Sequence record: NC_041975.1
Strand: one strand, 5' to 3'
DNA: 64,000 bases
In this document: piece after piece, positions 18,259 through 28,810 of the stretch
Numbering within the stretch: position 1 is the first letter of the stretch
Layout: the number at the start of each line of letters is the position of its first letter
Notes under the pieces: generated by a model
Told to the model about the DNA's origin: nothing
The model's input: the letters and a program-made list of their open reading frames with translations, nothing else
Databases searched by the model: none
Made by a program: the position numbers and the translations under genes

Positions 18259-19233
18259 ATGGCTCAGCAGATCAGCGTGAACGACGTAGTTTATCCGTTC
18301 AACCCCCTTAATACCGTGGCCGGTGCCAAAGGCATTGTGGAGTCCCATACACTTACGCCAGCCAACGGTGTGAATTATGTGACTTTCGTTCCACGCGCAG
18401 CCCCTTTCTTTCGCCGCACCTTAGTACTCAAGAACAAAGCCAACAACCAGGTGTTAGTCGAAGGCCAGCATTATACCCTGGCGTATTTCTTTGCCCCATT
18501 CACCCAGCTGGTCTATAAAGGTGTCTACGGCGGTATTACAGTCAATGAACTGGATGCGCCAATTGAAGTCGAAGTGACCTATGATACCATCGGCGGGGAT
18601 TTTGTCCTGGACAGCACTGGTTATGCACAGCTGGCTGCTAACCTGGTAAACAACCCGCGTGAGTTGGATTGGACACAGATCGCTGATACCCCAGATACGT
18701 ACCCGCCGATCGACCACACCCACCCGGCTGACCAAACCCTGAACTACATGGATTACGTTGAGCAACTGCAGGCCATGCAGGCACTGGTCGCCAGCGCCAT
18801 CGGTGGGTATGTGGCCTCCCTCAATACCCACATCGACACCCAAGGTAATGCCCATGGCATGAAGCCGATCGATATCGGACTGGGTAATGTGATGAACTGG
18901 GCACCGGCTACGACCGAAGATATCCCGGGTGGCGGTACAACGCTGTATGCTTCACTGGCGATTGTGAAACAAGCTTTCCAGTACATGTACGGTGGCTTAA
19001 CCACCCCGGCGTTGAAGAGTGCGATTCTCAATGACTACCTGTCAGCAGAATCTGTGGTCCGTACCTTAACGGTATTGAATGAAGGCGCGTTACTGAACAC
19101 CGATGAAGTGGCGAACTTTGGTTTGTGGAAAACCTATCGGGCACAGATGTTGATCAAAGCATCAACCGGCAATACCACCGTGCTCACTCCGCCAGCGGTA
19201 AACGGAGCGTTCTCACGACTGTTAGGAGTCTAA
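18259..19233 (+). CDS. Tail-fibre/baseplate-associated structural protein
   Basis: N-terminal YPFNP...VPRAAPFF...GQHY module, W..I.D.P..YPP..HTH motif and HIDTQGNAH...IGLGNV repeat, shared with the next three genes. Confidence 0.7.
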   Translation: MAQQISVNDVVYPFNPLNTVAGAKGIVESHTLTPANGVNYVTFVPRAAPFFRRTLVLKNKANNQVLVEGQHYTLAYFFAPFTQLVYKGVYGGITVNELDAPIEVEVTYDTIGGDFVLDSTGYAQLAANLVNNPRELDWTQIADTPDTYPPIDHTHPADQTLNYMDYVEQLQAMQALVASAIGGYVASLNTHIDTQGNAHGMKPIDIGLGNVMNWAPATTEDIPGGGTTLYASLAIVKQAFQYMYGGLTTPALKSAILNDYLSAESVVRTLTVLNEGALLNTDEVANFGLWKTYRAQMLIKASTGNTTVLTPPAVNGAFSRLLGV

Positions 19234-19234
19234 C

Positions 19235-20497
19235 ATGAGCAGTACTTTATTTCCTGATGTACGTCGGTTGGAGTTTGACCGCTCAGGCGTTAGCGCTGAC
19301 AATCACATCACGGACGATTACATTGATCTGCCTGTGGCAGGATCAAACCGCGCGATCGTGTTAAAGCATGGGGCGTTCTATACCGACTCATTGATATTGA
19401 AAGATGACAGCGGCAATATCTTGGAGAAATGGGTGGATTACCAACCTGTCTATCCTTATAACCGCCCTGAGCTCAATATCACTGAGATGACCGGCAAGGA
19501 CAACGCCGCGTTTATCATGATCCTCAATCCCAGTCTGACTGGACGGGTGATCGCTGATTATCAGGCAGTAGGAATTCCAAGTGGGATCGCTAACCGGGAC
19601 TTGATCGACATCCTGGATGCCATTGCCAAAGATGCCCGTAAGTATTACTGGGATGATATCTTTGATAAGCCCGATAAGTTCCCGCCATCACCGCACCCAC
19701 TGGATATCAAAGACACCTACAACTGGGCGCCGATGACAGAAGCCATGGCACGGTTCGTGGATTGTTTGAAACACCTTGATCGTCTGCCAGCCATTCAGGA
19801 TTACATCGATCAGATCGACACGGTGTATAAGGACACGTTACCAAAACTCAATGCAGTTTATAGCGCGTTCCTTACCCACCGACGTAACTACAGTAACCCG
19901 CATCTTGATGTGAAGACCACAGTAGTTAATCTGAACAATGTGGATGATTTTGATATGGCGACCTTGGCAGAGGTCATTGCCGGCACCTCCAGTGTTAAGT
20001 TCATGTCACCGTACACCGGTTCGCAAGCGGCTTACAATACCCTGCTGAAGAATGACACCTCGTTAGTGCACGTTAACCGTGTGCCAATGGTGCAGTTCGG
20101 GGATCTGAGTACCACCGCGATTCCGTATACGATCGCCGGTTTCGTACTGACCATCACCGCTGACGTGCCGGCGATGTTGGCATCACGGGAGTTCACCCTG
20201 AAGAAAGGGGCGATCGACCTGACCAAGTTTGTCAGTGCCCCGGCGAACAAGACCCTCTTCCTCTATGTGCGTATCCGTAATGGACAAGCGAGCTATGAGG
20301 TCGCGAGTGCAGCATCACCTGAGACCACCACGTATATCAACGTAGGACGCATTGTAACCGGTGCATCTGCTATCACGTCTGTTACGATCAATAAGATCTC
20401 CGGACTCGGTACCGTGCGTGTCAGTGAGGTTCAGATTGGTTCTGCGATTGCAGTAACATCTGGTCTGCCATCCCAATCGGCGAATTTGAACTGGTAA
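19235..20497 (+). CDS. Tail-fibre-associated structural protein
   Basis: Same N-terminal module (EFDRSG...HGAFY...DYQP, WDDIFDKPDKFPPSPH), plus a C-terminal module shared with 20551 and 24091. Confidence 0.7.
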   Translation: MSSTLFPDVRRLEFDRSGVSADNHITDDYIDLPVAGSNRAIVLKHGAFYTDSLILKDDSGNILEKWVDYQPVYPYNRPELNITEMTGKDNAAFIMILNPSLTGRVIADYQAVGIPSGIANRDLIDILDAIAKDARKYYWDDIFDKPDKFPPSPHPLDIKDTYNWAPMTEAMARFVDCLKHLDRLPAIQDYIDQIDTVYKDTLPKLNAVYSAFLTHRRNYSNPHLDVKTTVVNLNNVDDFDMATLAEVIAGTSSVKFMSPYTGSQAAYNTLLKNDTSLVHVNRVPMVQFGDLSTTAIPYTIAGFVLTITADVPAMLASREFTLKKGAIDLTKFVSAPANKTLFLYVRIRNGQASYEVASAASPETTTYINVGRIVTGASAITSVTINKISGLGTVRVSEVQIGSAIAVTSGLPSQSANLNW

Positions 20498-20522
20498 GGG
20501 TGAGTGGGTGATCCCCTCACCC
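20498..20522 (+). terminator. Hairpin after tail gene, followed by a TATGACC variant
   Basis: GGGTGAG..GGG/CCC.CTCACCC stem just after the stop codon. Confidence 0.55.
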
Positions 20523-20550
20523 ACTTCCCTATGACCCAGGAGAGGTTTCG

Positions 20551-23500
20551 ATGAACACCCCGATTTTAACGAAGTATAAATTTGACCCCACGGGGAAAGA
20601 TCCCGAGAACCTGATTGGTGGCGAACGCCACACTGTTGCGGCGGGTCCAAAGAACAAAATCATCGCCGTGTTTGAAGGTCCCTTTTTCTCAGCCAGTGCC
20701 AAAGTGCGCTTGCTTGACGGCAGTTACCTGGAACCCTGGGTAGACTTCCAACCCGTGCACCATTTCCCTGAAGCCTCCAAACGCACCGGGAAGTCCTGTA
20801 CGTGCTTTATCAAGATCCTCAATGAATCGGTCAATGGAGATGTCTTTATTGAGTACCAGGTAGTGGGGGGTGAGTTCACCTTCAACAGCATCACGCTTGA
20901 GAACCTGTTGTGGGCAATCATTAATGATGAGCGTTCGGTCCTGTGGGATAACATCAACAACCGTCCCGCTACTTACCCGCCGTCGTATCATACCCATGAC
21001 ATCTTCAATGACACGTATGGCTGGGATGATCGTATCGCTTTCAGTAACTGGATCTCAGATTACCTGATCCTGGGTGGTGAGCGCCTGAACTACGAAGGCT
21101 TTACTAACAAGGTCAATGTGGTACTGGATGAGATCACCACCATTCAGGCGAACATTTTAGCCCAAGTTGCTGAGCATGAAGCCGATTACACCAACCCGCA
21201 TGCCGATACGGCAAAAGCTCTGGGTTACAGCAAACTGCAGAACCTGGCTACCGCGAACGAAGTGCAGGCGCTGGAAGGGCAACGTACCGATCTGCGTCTT
21301 ACCGTGAAGACGGCTGAGAGCATTCTGGCGGATGCAGTAAAAGGCTATTCGGTCAACCTGATTCACCAGGGGATTATTCCGGTCAGTCGCTTTGGTAACC
21401 TGAACTTCTTACAACCAGGGATCATCGGGTCGTTTGAAGGGGCGTCGATGGTTGAAGCAGAAGATCACTACGCCCAGAACGTTGAGAATGACGGCACATA
21501 CATTCGTTTACGTCCAGGTACCAACGGTGAATCTATTGCGTTGTATTACGACTATGTCACCAACATCCATAACAACATTAATACATTCACCGTCACCAAC
21601 ACCAATAACAAATACACACCTGCCAGTTTGGATCAGGCGTATATTCCGGCGCGCTTATTTGACTGTCAAGGTGATGTACTTGCCGGTATTATGTATAACA
21701 AGGCCGCATTGCCGAGCACTGCTGATTATAAGTACTGGGTGGCGCTGACCAACGGCACACTGGACAGCACCAAACATAACTGCGCGGTTATCAACAATGC
21801 CTATTTTACCATGGATGACGGCACAACCCAAGACTTTCGTACCGCCTGGACCCAGTTTTGTTTGATAGGTTCTCGGATTTACATCATCCATCAGAATCCA
21901 AACATCGCTACTACGATGGAGGCCGGCGGTTCAATCTCTGTCAACGCAATTCCCCAATTCTATCTCGGGTATATTAACGTTGCCGATGTAGTGGCCGGCG
22001 GTCCGGTGAATGTGACTCAACTTACGGGTTGGGCAACAACGCTGTTAGGTCAGACCCGTACAGCAGCTCGCAGTATGCAAATCTGTGATCAGGTGATTGG
22101 TCGCTCTAATCAGCACGTTCTGGTGCGTTATGACGGAAATCAATACGTCAAAGCACAATACCGCTCATGGCCAGGTGGTTATGGTAAATTGGTTGCCAAC
22201 ACCGACGGTACGTTAACCATGTTGGTTGACTTCACCCTCAACGTTGATGGTCGCAACAATTCCAACATCTCAATGTTCCCAATCCGTTTCATTGTGGACT
22301 TAAATGCCAAGACTGTGCGGTCACCCGAAACGATGAACCCGTTTGTGATTATCGACGCCCCTAACAGTAACCTGACCATGACGGTGAATACCAATGGGTC
22401 TAACCTGAACATGTTCAAACTACGCGGGGTAAATGATGGTGGGACGGCACTGACCGGCGATTACCACGGCAGTCGGATGATCACGAAGAAAGGGTATTCA
22501 ATCTGCACCCATCGCCAACAATCCACCAACCTCGGTTTGCGGGTTGATGTCCAACAGATCCCGAACTTTACGAACATCGATGCCTACTGGCGCAATCCAG
22601 CCGGGTACAGTAATGTACTGTATCGTTCAGTAGGGGATGACACCTCCTACGGTTCTGAGGCCAAAGGTAACTTACGCTGCCCAATCCTCTTCCCGAACAA
22701 CCGTTTAGGTTTCTACACTCTGGACTCTAGCGGTACGCATTTTGTGTCACAACCGCTTATTGGCAATGGTGATTTCGTTTATAAACTGATCGGACTTGGA
22801 ACAGTGCAGGGTTTCCAGCCCTCGAACGACCGTGTGAAGGCTGTGATTAAGTACCCTACCCGTGAGATCATCACTGAGATCAACGGCGGATCTGTGGTCA
22901 CACATTGCCGTTCAATCTCTGACGATGCACCCGCGGGACCAGCTAACATTGATTACTTGCTCAATGAATCGGGCAGTATCAGTACCGATGTGAACTATCT
23001 GCGGTCGCAGGGTCAGCGTGTGTTAACTCAACTCGGTATTACGGCAGCTAAGTTCAGATGTATTTTGTTTGTACCGACCGATGGCGGGATGTCATTGATG
23101 TTGAAGGTCGTGGGGTATACTCCCCCGCAAGCTAACGGCATTACTAACACCATCACTGCAATTGCAACGGTAACGTATGGCGGTGTACGTGATGGTGTGT
23201 TAGCTGGCTGGACTGCCAATGTGGATGATATCATTAGCAAACCGGAAGTGGTCGGTACGTCAGATATCTCCCGCATCCAAACGACTTTTGGTTTATTGAC
23301 ATATAAGGTAGGGAATGAATACATCGTTGCGATGGGTGGGTTCTATTGCCCTTACACAGTAGGTCCGGCTAACAATTTACCATTAGTGTACTTAAAAATG
23401 ACTAATGGTCGGATTGCCGGCAATCCATCTAACCAGTACTTTGTTTCGCCGTACGTCGACTTGCTGTCTAACACGCCGTTTGCACTGCCGGGCAAGGGTT

Positions 23501-24042
23501 TGTTTGTAACTTACTCAGACGGGAACTACACCACTCCTGTAACGCCTGATGCGGCGGCTGCGGTAGGTCCGTGCGCGATTGTGGTTGCGGGTCAGGGCGA
23601 GGATTTCGAGAAAGTACGGCAATGGACTATTCCAGGCAACTCTACGATGGTGTTGTTGTCACAAACAGTAGAACAAGGCTGGATCTTGTACTTTGCTGAA
23701 GAGATCCCGGTGATTCTGAATGGGCGGGAATACACCTTACCGATCACCAGTATCGACCTGCGTAATGTGAAAGCTAACCCGGCGAGCACCACCTTCTTTG
23801 TCTACATTGAAGCTGTGGATGCAACTACTGCGAAGTACACCATCTCAGCCACGGAGTTGGCGGCTGCGACCACACGGATGTTCATTGGCACGGTAGCAAC
23901 CAATACGTCACAGATCAACACGATCAACGTGACCAAGCGATCGGGTCTGAATAAGTACCAGATCTCTGCGGTGAAAGCCGGATCGTCTATTCCGGTGTCA
24001 ACCGGCTTGCCGTTCCAACGCGGTAACTGGAGTCAGGAATAA
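20551..24042 (+). CDS. Long tail-fibre protein (phiKZ gp145/146-like)
   Basis: 1163 aa; YKFDPTG N-module, NPH..LG..N repeat, HQGIIPVSRFGNLNFL..GSFEG block, beta-rich T/N/G body. Confidence 0.75.
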   Translation: MNTPILTKYKFDPTGKDPENLIGGERHTVAAGPKNKIIAVFEGPFFSASAKVRLLDGSYLEPWVDFQPVHHFPEASKRTGKSCTCFIKILNESVNGDVFIEYQVVGGEFTFNSITLENLLWAIINDERSVLWDNINNRPATYPPSYHTHDIFNDTYGWDDRIAFSNWISDYLILGGERLNYEGFTNKVNVVLDEITTIQANILAQVAEHEADYTNPHADTAKALGYSKLQNLATANEVQALEGQRTDLRLTVKTAESILADAVKGYSVNLIHQGIIPVSRFGNLNFLQPGIIGSFEGASMVEAEDHYAQNVENDGTYIRLRPGTNGESIALYYDYVTNIHNNINTFTVTNTNNKYTPASLDQAYIPARLFDCQGDVLAGIMYNKAALPSTADYKYWVALTNGTLDSTKHNCAVINNAYFTMDDGTTQDFRTAWTQFCLIGSRIYIIHQNPNIATTMEAGGSISVNAIPQFYLGYINVADVVAGGPVNVTQLTGWATTLLGQTRTAARSMQICDQVIGRSNQHVLVRYDGNQYVKAQYRSWPGGYGKLVANTDGTLTMLVDFTLNVDGRNNSNISMFPIRFIVDLNAKTVRSPETMNPFVIIDAPNSNLTMTVNTNGSNLNMFKLRGVNDGGTALTGDYHGSRMITKKGYSICTHRQQSTNLGLRVDVQQIPNFTNIDAYWRNPAGYSNVLYRSVGDDTSYGSEAKGNLRCPILFPNNRLGFYTLDSSGTHFVSQPLIGNGDFVYKLIGLGTVQGFQPSNDRVKAVIKYPTREIITEINGGSVVTHCRSISDDAPAGPANIDYLLNESGSISTDVNYLRSQGQRVLTQLGITAAKFRCILFVPTDGGMSLMLKVVGYTPPQANGITNTITAIATVTYGGVRDGVLAGWTANVDDIISKPEVVGTSDISRIQTTFGLLTYKVGNEYIVAMGGFYCPYTVGPANNLPLVYLKMTNGRIAGNPSNQYFVSPYVDLLSNTPFALPGKGLFVTYSDGNYTTPVTPDAAAAVGPCAIVVAGQGEDFEKVRQWTIPGNSTMVLLSQTVEQGWILYFAEEIPVILNGREYTLPITSIDLRNVKANPASTTFFVYIEAVDATTAKYTISATELAAATTRMFIGTVATNTSQINTINVTKRSGLNKYQISAVKAGSSIPVSTGLPFQRGNWSQE

Positions 24043-24049
24043 CCAGCAC

Positions 24050-24070
24050 GGGGGAGGTGACTCCCCCTTT
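24050..24070 (+). terminator. Intrinsic terminator GGGGGAG-GTGA-CTCCCCC-TTT
   Basis: 7-bp stem followed by a T-rich tract. Confidence 0.7.
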
Positions 24071-24090
24071 CTTTATTGAAAGGAGTTGCC

Positions 24091-27000
24091 ATGAGCAGCA
24101 ACCTTGTGGTCGAGCCAGGCAGTTGGGGTGAGTTCTATGCCTCGATTGAAGCTTTGACCTGGAAGTTACAAAACTCACGTTATTCTCAGTATGATCTGGC
24201 TTCCACGGTGATGGTCAACTTTGAAAACGATGTTGATGATCTGGTAACCAGTGCACAGACCCTTTTAGCCAGTCATCAGGCACGTCGGGATAATGTCCAT
24301 CAGGTGAACGCCGAGCAGTTGGGGTTTGGCTTAGTCGATAACTTTAAAACTGCAACCGTAGCACAAGCCGGCGAAGGCGGATACCCCAATCTCTTTGTTA
24401 CCCCACAGGGGTTTAATGCCCTGGCGAGTAAAGTGTTTGCAGATTTCGGTTCATCACTTCATCATCAAGGGATCAACCCAATCTCGTCGTTTGGTTCGCT
24501 GTCTTTCCTCCCCCCTGACGTCTCCGGTTCTTTTGAAGGTTCAGGTCAGGTATCGGGAAACTCAGCCAGTCCAATGATCATTGAAGACGATGGAACATTA
24601 GTGGGGTTGCGCTACGGTACCACAGGTACCACCGAAGGATTGTACTACTTCTACTTACCAACCGCTGAAGACCGTATTGATAACGCGTCTGTTATTCGCA
24701 CCAACTTTAAGTATGCACCTGCAAACTTACCGGCGGGGGCTTATTGCACCGATGTTTACAATACCGAGTCGGATGTGCTGCTGGGGAATATCAAAGGGTC
24801 ATCAAGCTACAATTGGTTTATCTCCATTACCAACGGAACGTTTGACGCCACCAAACACAACACCGCTTACTTCACTATCAACGGTGATCCGGACCTTGCT
24901 TACCTGGGCAAGTATTCCACGGCGCTGGTAGTCAATGGCTATGTTTATATTTTCGGCATGCTGGATGACGGCTTTACCACCAACCGACCTATTGGTGGTG
25001 AGTTGAAAAACACCAACCCCATTGACATGGTGGTTTGGCGGGTAGCGGTAAGCAGCATTATTAATAACAATGCGGTGACCCTTGAAAAGATCAGTGCCTG
25101 GTCTACCAAAGATATCTGGGGTGACACAACCAGCAATCCCCGTATTCAACTCAGTAAAATCGCGATCAGTGAGAATGCGGCTGACAAACCGTATGTGCAG
25201 GTGAATGGTGCGCTGGTGCGCTCAGTAATCGTTCGTAATGCCCAGCGTCGTCTGTTTGCCGTGGTTGACCCAAGCAACCCTAACCGTATTCGGTTGGCGG
25301 TTAACCACACCTTTTATGCGCAGCTCTCAACCGGCAGCAGTTATAACGGCAGTTGTGCGTTGAGCCTGTTGCTGGATCTGACTGCAAAGACCGCGGTGGT
25401 GGAAGATAACGCCAACCGTATCCTGGTCGGTGTAAATGGTCAGACGGTTACGGTGTCCGGCAATACTCTGCTGACCGATAACCTGTTAACGGGCTCGGCA
25501 TTAGGGGGTAACTGGCATCCGAACGTTACGTTGACCTCACGCGGCTATCTGTTCTGTCGCACCTCGGGTAACCAGCCTGATGAGAACCCACGGTTCAGTA
25601 AAGGACTGATCACCAACTTTACTACCCGGTTTGAAGCGATGCGGATTCGGTCACGTCAAGTGCGCCAGATAACCCTGGTTACCGACCCATTGGTTACCGG
25701 TACGGCACTGACCAACAACTTCATGAAGCCACAGTACTTGGCCGGTAATGCGTTGTTGCTCACCAGTAACCCGTACAAGACGCCCGGGTATTACGCTTAC
25801 GGTACAACTAAACGGGTATTGCTTACCGGATCACCTACCTTTAACTACACGCTGAACTCTGGTGTGACGTTACAGGGCTGGGCGCCTAACAGCAACCGTT
25901 ATGAAATCACCGATGCCAACAACCCACCCCGCAATCGCTTTTACCACATCATCACCCAGGTTGACAGTGCCGGTAATGTGACCTCCAGTCCGTCAGTGTT
26001 GTCAGATGGCAGTTCTGCACAAGTGGGTACTTCCATTGACGCTAACCTGAACATCACCGGCTCGATCACCTTTAACCAGGCTGAACTTAACACCGTGGCG
26101 AAAGCGGCGTGTCAGACCGCCCTGGGGGCTGCGCCGTCGTTGTGGCGTGGTTTGATCTATGTCCCGCAGGATACCGCGGTGCCGTTGATCATGGTGTGTA
26201 CCGGTGAAGTACTGCGCAGTGACGGTAACGGTTATCGGGTGAATCACTCGTTGGTTGAGTTAACGTACACCGGTGCGCGTTCAGGGAACATCACTGGCTA
26301 TACCGTGAAGCGGGTACTCAACTCACAGCTCAATGACCAGCAACCAACCGGCGTGCCGTTAGAGCTGGCGTGTAACGGTGGGTTGAACATCTACAAAACA
26401 GCGGCGGGGGATTATCTGCTGGGGATTGGGGAACCTACCTTCCATCAGACCTACGGTGGGATCTACGGTTATGTCTGGTATGCGGCGATCAAAGCAGGCA
26501 CAGGCACCATTGAAGACAGTTCGTTAAAAGCCTTTAACCATGGCTATTATCCGACGTCCGTTAACCCAACCCCGGTTGTGGTGCCGGGTTATGGTTTGTG
26601 TGTAATGGATTATCAGACGCAGCAGGCTAACGCCAACGCCCTGATGATTGTGGATGTGATGGCGGCAACCTACGCCGAGTTTGTTGCCTGGACATCCAAG
26701 CGTAAGCTGGTCTTAACCGCTCAACAGGTAGAACAAGGGTATCTCGTTTACTTCACGGCACCCACTCAGGTGTTCATGGCTGGTAACGAATACACCCTGC
26801 CTGCGGGTAACATTGACCTGCGTACCATCACTGCCAATCCTGCCAGTAAGACGTTCTATGTTTACGTGCAGTTAGTCGACGAGCAGGTGCAATACCTGAT
26901 CACCCTCGATCAGCTTGCCCCAACCATAACGTTGATGTATATCGGCAAGATTACCACCAACACCACGCAAATCAGTAGCATTGCTGTTGATAAACGTATC

Positions 27001-27546
27001 CGCATCGAAACCTTCGAATTGTCAGCTACCCACATTGGGTCGGGTATTCCGATCACGACAGGCGTGCCGTCAACCGCGGGTAACTTTGCATGGCGTAATG
27101 GTTACTTGAAACTGATGAGCTTTGCAATGCAGCTGGACTATAATGGTATTGTGACAGTGAATCTGAGAACGGGTGCGGTAACCATTGAAATGAGTGTCTC
27201 TGGTACACCACCAGATTCTGTGAGCAGAACAAGAACACAGACTGTCTGGTCTACTGGTGAGACCTGGGTGCCTGGTCTGGTGACGGTGGGGACCGAAGCA
27301 TCAGGGGCAAGCGATGCATTCAATACGTACGCGAGTACATCGAAAACCTTCCCAGCTCTGGCGAGGTCAGATATCGCAAACAGTACTGGGCTTGCAGTTA
27401 TGATGGGTAACGAAAGTAACCCAACTAACAAAGGCGTCTTTACTCAGCAGCCAAGTGCAGCCAATGACTATACCCTTAAGTGGAAAGTCACTGATACACC
27501 GGGTGGTGCTGGCGAATACACCTTTGATCTGTATGTGAAATACTAA
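24091..27546 (+). CDS. Long tail-fibre protein, paralogue with extra C-terminal domain
   Basis: AAGGAG RBS; HQGINPISSFGSLSFL..GSFEG block; shared C-module ends at GNFAW and is followed by 150 extra aa. Confidence 0.75.
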   Translation: MSSNLVVEPGSWGEFYASIEALTWKLQNSRYSQYDLASTVMVNFENDVDDLVTSAQTLLASHQARRDNVHQVNAEQLGFGLVDNFKTATVAQAGEGGYPNLFVTPQGFNALASKVFADFGSSLHHQGINPISSFGSLSFLPPDVSGSFEGSGQVSGNSASPMIIEDDGTLVGLRYGTTGTTEGLYYFYLPTAEDRIDNASVIRTNFKYAPANLPAGAYCTDVYNTESDVLLGNIKGSSSYNWFISITNGTFDATKHNTAYFTINGDPDLAYLGKYSTALVVNGYVYIFGMLDDGFTTNRPIGGELKNTNPIDMVVWRVAVSSIINNNAVTLEKISAWSTKDIWGDTTSNPRIQLSKIAISENAADKPYVQVNGALVRSVIVRNAQRRLFAVVDPSNPNRIRLAVNHTFYAQLSTGSSYNGSCALSLLLDLTAKTAVVEDNANRILVGVNGQTVTVSGNTLLTDNLLTGSALGGNWHPNVTLTSRGYLFCRTSGNQPDENPRFSKGLITNFTTRFEAMRIRSRQVRQITLVTDPLVTGTALTNNFMKPQYLAGNALLLTSNPYKTPGYYAYGTTKRVLLTGSPTFNYTLNSGVTLQGWAPNSNRYEITDANNPPRNRFYHIITQVDSAGNVTSSPSVLSDGSSAQVGTSIDANLNITGSITFNQAELNTVAKAACQTALGAAPSLWRGLIYVPQDTAVPLIMVCTGEVLRSDGNGYRVNHSLVELTYTGARSGNITGYTVKRVLNSQLNDQQPTGVPLELACNGGLNIYKTAAGDYLLGIGEPTFHQTYGGIYGYVWYAAIKAGTGTIEDSSLKAFNHGYYPTSVNPTPVVVPGYGLCVMDYQTQQANANALMIVDVMAATYAEFVAWTSKRKLVLTAQQVEQGYLVYFTAPTQVFMAGNEYTLPAGNIDLRTITANPASKTFYVYVQLVDEQVQYLITLDQLAPTITLMYIGKITTNTTQISSIAVDKRIRIETFELSATHIGSGIPITTGVPSTAGNFAWRNGYLKLMSFAMQLDYNGIVTVNLRTGAVTIEMSVSGTPPDSVSRTRTQTVWSTGETWVPGLVTVGTEASGASDAFNTYASTSKTFPALARSDIANSTGLAVMMGNESNPTNKGVFTQQPSAANDYTLKWKVTDTPGGAGEYTFDLYVKY

Positions 27547-27548
27547 AT

Positions 27549-27594
27549 CGGCATAGAGGGAGAGGTGTTAACCTCTCCCTCGTGCTTTATGCCG
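27549..27594. terminator. Bidirectional terminator: CGGCATA-hairpin-TTTATGCCG
   Basis: 11-bp stem GAGGGAGAGGT/ACCTCTCCCTC with an exact TATGCCG on both strands. Confidence 0.9.
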
Positions 27595-27595
27595 A

Positions 27596-28534
27596 TTAAA
27601 CAGGACCACCAGTTTCTGAACCGCCTTTCTGTACCCCACCGTGCAGGTGACCGGTTAGTGAGATACCGGCTGCGACAACATCCGCTGGGGTGTTTAAACC
27701 GCCAGAGGTCTCAATGTGACCATTGTGGTCGATGTCACCAATCATACTGATCCCACCTGGGGAGTTAATCGTGGTTTTATTAGTAATAAGCTCGAAGGAT
27801 TCATTAGCCGTGATCTTCATGGTTTTGCACAACATGGAAATCAGTTCTTGGGCAGTGAGATTGAAGTTCTCTTGCGCAATGATTTCAATGTTCTTTTTGC
27901 TCATGGTGATCAGGCACTTGTCAGTATTGGTGATCTGCCATAACGCCTCAAGCGAGTTCAGGACCAAGTTGTTGTCCAGGTCATCCGCCAATGAGAAGAT
28001 CGCTTCACCGTAATCCGCCTTGATGACATACTGGACTTGTTCGCCATTCATCTTCGAGTTGGACATCATGAAGTGTTTTTTATGAGAGGACCATTCAATG
28101 AAGTACCAGTCTCCTTCACCGATGTTCTTATCTTCAGTGGTGGCCGGCGAGCCACTCAAGGCAATGATGATGGTCTCTAAACGTCGCAGGTCATCATCCA
28201 GACCCGTTTCCGTCCAGTAGTACTTGTCCTCGTCACCAATCTGCCAGATCACGACACGTTCACCTTTGACCACATCGGGGGCGGTGACGCGGTTAGAACG
28301 GAATGGGAACCAGATTGCTGCGATGGTGGAGTCCGTTACCACTTTGTCTTGGGTGCTGTCACCCGACGAGGTCTTGCCATTATGGGTGATGACCTGTGGG
28401 TTCACTTCAGCTTCACCCGACATCATCGGTGCAGTTTCACGGGGAATAACTTGAATCTCTTTGCTGTTGGTGCTCTTGACTGCAGCCACCACACCCATAG
28501 AGTAAAATTTAAGAACCGATACGTTACTGGCCAT
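27596..28534 (-). CDS. Baseplate central spike (phiKZ gp164 / gpV-like)
   Basis: OB-fold-like N-terminus, beta-helix-like repeats, and a C-terminal apex motif ISLTGHLHGGVQKGG (HxH metal site). Confidence 0.85.
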   Translation of the reverse strand: MASNVSVLKFYSMGVVAAVKSTNSKEIQVIPRETAPMMSGEAEVNPQVITHNGKTSSGDSTQDKVVTDSTIAAIWFPFRSNRVTAPDVVKGERVVIWQIGDEDKYYWTETGLDDDLRRLETIIIALSGSPATTEDKNIGEGDWYFIEWSSHKKHFMMSNSKMNGEQVQYVIKADYGEAIFSLADDLDNNLVLNSLEALWQITNTDKCLITMSKKNIEIIAQENFNLTAQELISMLCKTMKITANESFELITNKTTINSPGGISMIGDIDHNGHIETSGGLNTPADVVAAGISLTGHLHGGVQKGGSETGGPV

Positions 28535-28607
28535 AGCTAACCCTAATGTTATTTTTTACGTAACCCGACCATTCTATAAACCAGATCGAATTAATAGGAA
28601 TCGATAA

Positions 28608-28799
28608 ATGAACCAAGTCTTCTTTATTGAGGCAGCGCCTCAGCGTTTACCGCAGTGGCTCAACCAAGCGATTCTTGACGGCCGTGTTCTTGTGCGCGGT
28701 GACTCCGTAGTAGACTACCCGTTTTACGTGGTCGACGGACAGGTCGCAACAGTCGGCCAAAGCCTGGTCTTTGACGGGCAAACTATCACCATTAACTAG
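28608..28799 (+). CDS. Small hypothetical protein (63 aa)
   Basis: AGGA RBS; directly upstream of sbcC. Confidence 0.6.
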   Translation: MNQVFFIEAAPQRLPQWLNQAILDGRVLVRGDSVVDYPFYVVDGQVATVGQSLVFDGQTITIN

Positions 28800-28810
28800 C
28801 GGCGCACATC

